From the NCBI GenBank assembly GCA_023231475.1, contig JALJEE010003100.1:1-32646 (forward strand): a stretch of 32,646 nt of DNA, read 5' to 3'. This document shows, in pieces, positions 24,242-32,646 of this stretch (the first letter of the stretch is position 1; the number at the start of each line of letters is the position of its first letter). Source of the DNA: Seison nebaliae (Eukaryota). The notes under the pieces are model-generated. The model was not told where the DNA came from and did not search any database. It worked only from the letters and a program-made list of their open reading frames with translations. A program made the translations under genes and the position numbers.

Positions 24242-25846
24242 ATGGAAGTTGAACGATTCCAACAACCAACAAATCACGTGTGTAGTTGTTGTGGGGTTCA
24301 TGCGAATTCGCGCGCCGAACTTCTCATTCATAAGTGGTCGAAACACGACTACCAATCGAATAACACTTCCGTTTCTTCTTCTCAATATTCATCTTCACAA
24401 TTCAGTTGTCGATTATGTGGCGGTCAATTGACATCATATCGACGTCTGGTGGAACATGTGAAATCACATGAATGTCCTCATTGTTTCACAATGTGCACAT
24501 CAGCCGAAGCACGACGAGAACATGTGAAGAACGATTGTCATTTGAAAAAGCCGGCACATCGTTCCTCTCAATCATCTCAATCATCCAATAATAATTGTTA
24601 ATTTTTTCCTCTTTATAATTCTACATCTATTTGCAGATCGAAACCATCGAAATTCCACGAACTCTCAATCCATATTGGCGGAAGGTAGATACCAACCAAA
24701 TTTTTTAATGAATCGACGCAATTTATCACATTCATCTCGAACAAATATAATACCAAATTTATCAGGTCGCACCCGACTTCAACCTCACAAAGCTGACAAT
24801 GTGTTAACGGAAGGATTGCCTGTCAGTACATTCCCCCTTCAAGCCGAAGTATATAGTCATGAGTTAATTTCATTATTTCCATCGAGTACAATTTCATTTT
24901 TAGTAATCTAAGTAAAAGTTCAATTGTTCCAATACATGGTCGATCGGTTGATGAAGATGTCATGAATAATTTAGGAGGGTTCAATTTTCAATATTTCTAA
25001 TTAAACTTATTTGATAAATTTTCAGTTCTGATCATTTTCAGGCATTGTTAAAAAGAAAATATGCAGATGAATCAGCTTCATCAAGTTTGATTTCCTCATA
25101 TTTTTTCCCAGTTTTTTCATTCTCTCAATTAATTATCGATAATAGATAATTCGATGTCGAAGAATATGAGGATCAATGATAATTTTCGCGGAAATGATCT
25201 ACACCACCATCGACGGTTTGTTGATCAGAATAGTTCATATCAATATAATCAAAATCAACATATGGTAAAGAACTCTCGATATTGTCGAGAAGAGAATTTC
25301 CCTAGGAAAGATATGAGATTAATGAAAGATCAATATTCGAATAATCATCACGACGAAAATTTTGTTGAACATCTTCAACCACAAATGATTCAAATATCGC
25401 CAGAACGTCAAGGACATCATCAATCCCAAATGCATCGTCATATCAATCGGCCATATATTGTACCCTCTCAATCATCTTCATCGTCACAACACCATCGAAA
25501 TGGAGGATATGATCGTCCAATTCAAAAAATTGATGAATGGAAAAATAAACAATTCTCTCAAATTGAAGAACGATCGAAATCGCCATTAACTGATGAGACA
25601 TTACCAACAGAAGAAGTAGGTGAGGAAGTGGAGGATGAAGAAGAAGAATCGAATACACAAGAAGAAGCGAAAAATGATGATGATGATAATAAAGAAGAGT
25701 CAAATGAAAAACAAAAACCAATTCCATTGGAAACGATTGAAAATGAAGAGGAGAATAAGGGGACTTCATCTGTTCCCGTTGAGAAAGATGTAACCGAACC
25801 TGATAATGAAGAGGTCGAGAAGGAAGTGAATAATGAGAAAGAATGA
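24242..25846 (+). CDS. C2H2 zinc-finger protein (three N-terminal fingers, disordered middle, acidic tail), 5 exons
   Basis: CSCCG..LLIHKWSKH, CRLCG..LVEHVKSH, CPHCF..RREHVKNDCH; four GTT..AG introns link ORFs 24242, 24675 and 25154 in frame. Confidence 0.8.
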
Positions 25847-26220
25847 TATTCTTTTGAAAAAGATTTCAAGGGATAGACATTATCAAAAAATTTTGTAATC
25901 AAATTTCGGGCAACTTTCTCCGATTGAAGTGTATCGTTTTTTATTTGATTGTATTGCAGAATTATTATATGTACAATATTTTCATGAATAATGTATTAAT
26001 TATAAAATTATAAAACGATTTTCTTTCAAACTTTTTCTTAATAATATTTCATTTTCTTTATCTTTCATTTAGTTGTAATACAGTTCGGATGAAGAGCAAA
26101 AATCCCTCGCGTAATGTCAGTGTTTTAATTAACCCTCATATTTGTCTTTGGAGACCAATTCACTTTAATTAGAATGTAAAGTAGATTTCTGAGGAATTTA
26201 GTATTTATAATGGATTACGT

Positions 26221-26410
26221 AGTGGAATTCATCTTCGTTTCGGTTCACCCTCTTTTCCATTTTCGGAGCTGAACTCACCCTATTTTTGGGTTTCGGAGCG
26301 GAAGTCACTCGCTTTTTTATATTTCGAAGTGGAACTCACCCTGAGCAAATTCACCTTATTTGTTAAAATTCGAAGGGGAACTTACCTCATAAAACTTCAC
26401 CGTCTCTACT
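26221..26410. repeat. Degenerate repeat array (TTCGGAGCGGAACTCACCC-like, about 30-nt period), probable DNA-transposon terminus
   Basis: Copies at about 26262, 26292, 26323, 26369 plus partial copies, separated by T-rich linkers. Confidence 0.65.
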
Positions 26411-26730
26411 GGCGTCCGAACGGACTGTTCCGTCCTCGGTTATTCTCTACAATTGTAAGATTGAAAATTGCATAAGTTTCACAAAAAATATCGTCCAGAT
26501 TCTCCATTTCTCCTTCTGCGCTTTTCGAACGCGCTTCTGGTCTTTTTTATACCGTCTTCGACCAACTTATACTGTGTATTTTCATTCTGAAAGCACTTTG
26601 AAAGCACTCATGTGCAAATAATTTTCAAACATGGCACGAGTCGAATGGTGGTGGGGTAATAAAAATTTTTACCTATTATTCTTTCCTTCCAAAATATTAT
26701 TCGTTTTTGGGATATCCTTCCGTGTCAATT

Positions 26731-27100
26731 GGGGAAACGTCATTTGGTAGGCCAGTCATTTGGTAGACCGGTCATTTGGTAGACGGTCAATTGATAGTCC
26801 GCCATTTCGTAGGCCGACCATTTGGTAGACCGGTCATTTGGTAGACTGCGTATACAAAATACGGTTAAAATAATAATTAAATCCCCTCGGGGTAAATTAA
26901 AAAGAAAAAAGATAATCGGCTGTATAGTGTATTACCGCGTGATATTCCTCTTCATGATTTCAAACATTTTATGTTTTCTCACGACCCATTTTCATCCATG
27001 CCAATTGATCGGGAATCTCCCACCGAATCACCTACCGATGATCGTAATTTTATAAATTCTTTTTCCAATTTATCCCGTCGGGAATTTTAATAAATTTAAT
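26731..27100. mobile_element. Foldback/MULE-like non-autonomous element remnant with seven 15-16 nt tandem repeats (GTCATTTGGTAGACCG) and an internal imperfect inverted repeat
   Basis: Tandem units at 26739-26848 after GGGGAAAC; 26875-26906 (AATTAAATCCCCTCGGGGTAAATTAAAAAGAA) is an imperfect reverse complement of 27057-27090. Confidence 0.55.
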
Positions 27101-27113
27101 AATAATAATTGTA

Positions 27114-28466
27114 CCGTCAACTGGGGCAATGTGGGAATCGAGGGCAAATTAGGAAACAAAAAATTCCCAGCTTAAAATAGTGATTTTTTATATGTTAACT
27201 ATAACAATTTTCTAAGGTAATTTGCATGATCATTCGGAAGGATTTGAAGTAGATATACAAATATTAAAAGTAGTTTTCTCATATTTAAAAAAAAAAGAGG
27301 CATTTTTTCCTCCATACAAAATTAGGAATAGAAAAGCTCATTTTTATGGAAAAAAAATCTTGGTTGAGAATGAATATTAATTTTGATTATCAATAATCCT
27401 TTTTTCACGATCAAGTAGCCAATATATTTTTGAACCTTATGGTCGATTTTCATAATTATTAGTTCTATATTAATCGAGATAATGATAAATTAATCGCTGG
27501 GGAAATATTGGAAATTTCATTTCCAATAAGTAAAATGGTGAAAAAATAGAAAATTAAATGGAACATTAAATGTTACTCATCTACGACGTTAAAATCAATC
27601 AATGTAAGCGCTTTTTCTAGTTCTTTGGTTACTCTCTTTCTTTTCTTTAAACTTGAATTTTCTTTATTCATCTTCGAAACAAAATCTTTTACCGATTCGG
27701 CAATGCAACTGTAATCTTCAGTTTCATTCCGAAACTTCTGCGTGACAACTGTTTTATCAAATGGAAAAATTCCAGTGGTTCGGAATGCCGATCTCAATGT
27801 GCTGTCAACATTTTTTAGGTTGCTAATTGTTGAACTTAACAGACCAGCAAATGTTTCTTTCGGTAAAACTCCACGCTTTGAGTTTTTTCTCCTCTACTCC
27901 ATCAATGTTTTTCTCCATGAACCTTTTAGACTTCGAAAAACCGCGTCATCCAGCGGTTGAAGAAGGTGCATCGTGATAGGTGGAAGGAAAACCATCCTTA
28001 CATTATGCTTTACACACATTTCAACCGCCGTTTTCGAACAATGAGACGATAAATTATCCTCTATGATAACTTTACGTCCATCAATTTTACGGATCCATGG
28101 CACCACGACCTTCAAGATCCAATCCTCAAAAATCGCCATGTTGAACCAACCAGACTGGTTGTCATTGTAAAAACAATTCTTCGGACCATTCTCCGTCCAG
28201 CTGTCGTAAACATTCTTCGTCTTAATACAATATTACTTAATACAATTATCCGACAAGAATTCAATATAAATGCCAAAATATTTTTCTTCTTCGGTGAAAA
28301 CGGTGCGGCACATCTTTGTGCCTGATTTTCTCCCGTATAAAGTAGTTTTCGGAATGCCATGTTTTTTGGCCACAAAATTTACAGATTGGTCACTATTCTC
28401 CACTTCTTCTAATGCTTCAATTATCTTCTCCTCATTTTATTTTTCAGTTTATAGCATTATAGTCAT
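27114..28466 (-). mobile_element. Decayed pogo/Tigger-type (DDE_1) DNA transposon
   Basis: psq-type HTH IIEALEEVE..SVNFVAKKHGIPKTTLYGR (about 28430-28330); DDE part SGWFNMAIFEDW..IIEDNLSSH..FLPPITMHLLQPLD..F..LKGSW, in-frame TAG at 27894-27896, then SAFRTTGIFP; TA|CCGTCAACTGGGGCAATGTGGGAA terminus at 27112-27140. Confidence 0.88.
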
Positions 28467-28912
28467 TAATTCTTGATATAATTTTTACTACTAATATTAT
28501 TTCTTGAAATTTCCATCATCGCCGAACAATTAGTTATAATTCGGTTAGCTGATTGGTAAACAGAATTGTTTGCCTTCTCTCTAAATTTAATTCTCAAATT
28601 GCTTTATGATCATAATAATAATAAATTTTTCATGACGGCACTTCATGAATTTTTGTGAGGAATTTAACGCATCTTTGTGAATTAGTAATCAGATGTATGA
28701 AGTTAAGCGGCAATGGGGCAATAATATTAGTTGGAAATAATAGGTTGAGAATAACCAGATAAAATATTCAAATGAAGTTTCAATTTGGCGCTGCTGAAAT
28801 CCAATATAAAGAAGTGAAAGTCACTAGCCAGAATTAAGGTTTGTTTGAATTCTTATTTGATTTCCAATTCTTCGTTATTCCTTTCGAATTTTTACTTAAA
28901 TAATTTCTTTAA

Positions 28913-29704
28913 ATGAAAATATCAATTTGTTTAATAATGGTCGTCATTTCTATTCCTGAAATAGCTCATTCGATAAACAGTATTAAGGGTTTGTAAATTT
29001 TTTGTTCCAAATTATTATCTAATATATCTAATATATCTTATATCTAATAATAGAAAACTATTTAGGAGTGAAAATAAGTAAGTCTAGATACTATCTCTAT
29101 CCGGTACAGAAATGCGTTAAGAAAAAATATTATCCAATAAGAATTACTTCGTCTAGCAAAAAATGGTGTATAAATAATTTTCAATCTTCACGAATCTTAT
29201 CTGGTTAAATTGATATTACATTGCTTCTGCGATTTATAATTTTTAGATTTATCAATGTCAAAGCTCAATTGTTCCTTTCAATACTTCAAGACGTGGAAGG
29301 ATATTCAATTGGTTGGTGAATGTTATGGAAGCACCTCGTTAGATAGTATTATAGGATTAATTGACGGTAAAGTTATGAAAGCTAGTCCTCGTTATCTTGA
29401 AAAACCACAAATCATATCCCGTCCACGAATAAGAGATTTAGTTGCTTATATAGTTCAAAGAAGAGAAGAAAAAGCAATAGAAAGAATCAATTCTGAAAAT
29501 CTGAAAAAAATAAGAAATGCAATGACTAAAGCTAAATCAGCGTTTATAATTTCAATAACCGCTTGCTCACTTACAGTTCTTATGACAACTCTCATCACCA
29601 TAACCATGCTATCTGTTAAACTTGGAAAATCGAAACGGAATAAGGTCAGTAGAAAATCTGAAAGAAAAGATTCAATTGGTCCGGCGAAATTAAATGTTAA
29701 TTAA
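28913..29704 (+). CDS. Orphan single-pass (type I-like) membrane protein, 3 exons
   Basis: Signal-like MKISICLIMVVISIPEIAHS, two phase-1 GTT..TAG introns join to ORF 29255; hydrophobic AFIISITACSLTVLMTTLITITMLSV followed by a basic tail. Confidence 0.65.
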
Positions 29705-30901
29705 ACAATGCATCCATTGAGCAGAATGCTGTCACAGAACACCACTAGCACAGAAATTTAAAAACGAATTTATAATCTATGCTCCTTTTATTAGTTGATC
29801 AAGTCTTCACTTGGTAAATTAAAGAGTAAAATTATATCCCTTATAAGTTAGAAAAGTTGCTATTTCCGTTAAGAAAAGTTCTATATCAGCCGAAGAACAT
29901 CTTTTATTCCGGAGAACTTAATGAGTCAAATCTCCAATAAAATTTGACCTTACAAGGAATAGATTAGAGACGTATCTAACGTAGTTAGATTTGAGATTGC
30001 CAGTCGTCTAAAATCAGTAAGATCAGACTTTTAGAGAGAATTGTTAGTATGTATAATTGAAAAGATATGTTCTCGTGTTATCGTACGTTGTGGTTTGCTC
30101 AATATTTTATGACTGAAAAATGCACAAATAACGTCAGGAATGATTGATGGAAAATTAATGTTATACAATGCTCTAATTATATATCTATATAATTAACCGG
30201 AACATGTCATATTGTGTCATAAGACGATGAGAGTCCGATGAGAACCAGTTCGAATACGGACAGATGAGTTCGTGGTGTAAGAGAAATTGTAAGCTCGAAC
30301 GCAGATTCAACGTTCTATGTGAATAGAACGAAACAAGTCACAATTTCTTAATTTGGGATGTTGTAAATAATATAGATGAACATGGGGATAGAGAAGGAGG
30401 TAAGATGGAGGGATAGTTATGTCATAAAAATGTAGATCAAAATGGAGGAGCTGAGAGAGTGACGGAGGAAGAGGAAGAGAAAGACCGTGGGTATTCATCA
30501 AAACATCTGAAGAGTCTACGACGCACTTAATCCGCTTCTCAATGAGAAGCAGACAGTATGAGAAGTTCTCATACGTTAAGGTTTGACGAAATCCAGATTC
30601 GATGGACGTAGTCCCTAGATCGAAATTGGTGACCGGCATTGAACATAGGATCGGTTTGTTTCTCCGAGGAGGAACTTAGGGAACGGAACAACCACAACGA
30701 GTGCCAATTGCAAAGACGACAGTCGCCTTGGTTTTTGGTTTTCGTTTTTGAGAAATGGGTTGAGAGGTAAGCTCCAAAAGTGACCGATTACTTTAAGTTT
30801 TTACTGTATAAATAATTGAATGTGATCAACTTTTAATGAAGAAGTTTGAAATTAACTGTCTATTTATTGCTATAACTTATAACTCGATTGAGTTTAGATA
30901 G

Positions 30902-32363
30902 TTAAATTCTTTGTTCTTTAATTGGTTGAATAATTTCTCGTAAGTTTTTTAGTAAATTAGCGTCGTTATAAACACGTTGCCAAACAGTTAGTTCCGGAAT
31001 CAATTCCAATTGTAAGTTAACAGAATTAAGAAATTCTTTTATATTTTCTACAGGTGTAACATTGTTATTAGTGATATACCACCACTTCAAATTGAATGTT
31101 CTGACTAATACAACGGAATGCATGTTCCTTTCACTGACAATGTTTATTCTGGGAAAATTGATATTTTTATGATGTGCCGTCAATCGATTTATATATTTGA
31201 AATTCACTATGGTTTCTGTCGTCACCATTTCTTCAATGAAATTTCTTATGTATTTTTCTATTCTGTCCGTTACATTATATCCTTGTAAATGATGCATCAC
31301 CAGACGAAATAATTTATCAAATTTTTCTTCTTTCACTGTTGAGTATTCAAAATCTTCAATTTTTATTTTATCTAATTTCATCTTAATTTCGTGCGTAGTA
31401 AAGGATTGTCGAAAAGCTATCCCAAATAATGTATATTCTTCAGTGTCATAGTTGTACATTGGATAATTGCTGAATAACCGCTTTCTACATGGAATATCTC
31501 CACACCAGAACTCAGGTGGTAATCTGATCCTTGTTGGAACAAAGTTCAACTTTATTTCATTTTCTATTAATTTTAATGCTTCTAAAACATTCGTTTCATC
31601 GATAGATTTTTCCGTAAAATTACCTATGACCTCGTTAGCCTTATGTAGGTTTTTCTTCAGTGTTTTCACTATAATAACTAAAGGTCTTTCGATAGTTGTA
31701 ACTAGTTCGGGCTCGTTATCGAAATTATACTCATATATCATCTTCAAAATTGACAAATACTGTTGAAGGTAAGCCATATCTTATTACTAAAAAGGCCGTT
31801 TTTTTCGGTAACCATATGTCTTCTTTCAGGAATGTGTTATCACTCCATGGTATATATAAATGAGATTCGGAAATTGAAAAGAAAATTTCGATGTAGATTA
31901 TACTCAAATGTGGAAAATATGAGACATTATCTTCATCCAGTATTATTTTACGGGGAAAAAGAGAGTTATATTTCATTTCTGTTGCTACTTCATTTAATTT
32001 CCCTCCGTGAAAAATATGCCTGACACATTCATCTTTATTAACTCCACCTCCTCCATAGAATAAAAAATGCAAAAAATTCATCAAAGTGAACATGTAAGTT
32101 GTTGAACGATGATTTTGTCTTCTATACCTCTCCACAGTATCAGTCATTCCAGACAATCCATATACAATCGTTTGGGAGGTCCAGTATACAATTTTTGGCA
32201 ATAATCCTTTAGAATTATCGTCAATCAAATTTAAATCACCATGTTTCAGTTCTGGATGTTCCAAAAATTTAGTCCTAACTGAAATAATTTTAGATGGCAT
32301 TAGGGAACATGTAGGTGAATGTTTAGATTCCATTCCATTTACAAAACAGTTTGATCTCATCAT
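30902..32363 (-). pseudogene. Two overlapping ORFs (210 aa + 291 aa), probably one frameshifted gene; weak USP/peptidase C19-like motifs
   Basis: Same strand, 47-nt overlap, both long for this AT content; NCFVN near the start and HSVVLVR...WWYITNNNVTPV near the end. Confidence 0.4.
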
Positions 32364-32476
32364 AACTAAACGATAAAAAAGAAAGAAGTTAACCTTGCTA
32401 AGAAGAAAGAAATTAACCCTCTTTTCTCTTAATTAATTTCTTAGTTCCCCTTTTAATAAATGAAAAATTCCAGACA

Positions 32477-32522
32477 TTTCCCCTTCGCGAACTATACATA
32501 CTCCCACTTCGCGAAGGTGAAA
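32477..32522. repeat. Inverted repeat: 15-bp arms with one mismatch, 16-nt loop
   Basis: TTTCCCCTTCGCGAA-ctatacatactcccac-TTCGCGAAGGTGAAA. Confidence 0.75.
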
Positions 32523-32646
32523 CGAAGTGAAGGAAAGAATAGGAGAAAAAAAGGGACGGCGAAGGAGTATTTTTTTGAAAGTTCTTTTGGTAAAAGCCTG
32601 TTTGAACGACATAAAAAAAAATTTTTTTTTTCCTAAAAATAAACGT

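Noticed and set aside
26221..26848. CRISPR-like look of the two repeat arrays
   Set aside because: Eukaryotic context, no cas genes, repeats degenerate, spacers absent or only about 11 nt.
29760..30790. 110-aa ORF with PHVHLY (HUH-like) in a slightly GC-richer tract
   Set aside because: No other Rep/helicase motifs; neighbouring frames are interrupted by stops; unidentifiable decayed sequence.
1..32646. tRNA, rRNA or snRNA genes
   Set aside because: None recognised by eye; a covariance-model search was not possible.

Overview
AT-rich, very gene-dense eukaryotic (animal) DNA, not prokaryotic. Most genes are split by tiny introns (about 40-65 nt), so the supplied ORF track fragments them; I rebuilt gene models by hand. 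Left to right: BED-finger fragment; DHX33-like DEAH helicase; a 29-exon Cav2-type calcium channel alpha1 gene with an antisense TALE homeobox gene nested in its one large intron; an intronless proline-rich protein; a NEDD4-family C2-WW3-HECT ligase; a degenerate ALG-2/PDCD6-like penta-EF-hand gene; RagA/B GTPase; an orphan gene; a C2H2 zinc-finger gene; a patch of transposon debris (repeat-rich termini, decayed pogo); an orphan single-pass membrane protein; and a split ORF pair with weak USP-like motifs. Gene content suggests a compact-genome spiralian (a rotifer/syndermatan is my guess, not established). Main signals: (1) about 51 of 56 reconstructed introns start GTT instead of GTR, with frequent AAG acceptors, suggesting a shifted splice code; (2) the channel has an E-D-E-E filter, a degenerate AID, a III-IV linker insertion and no C-terminal DDWC-type motif; (3) the nested TALE gene. 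Intron counts and boundaries are hand-derived and need RNA-seq confirmation.
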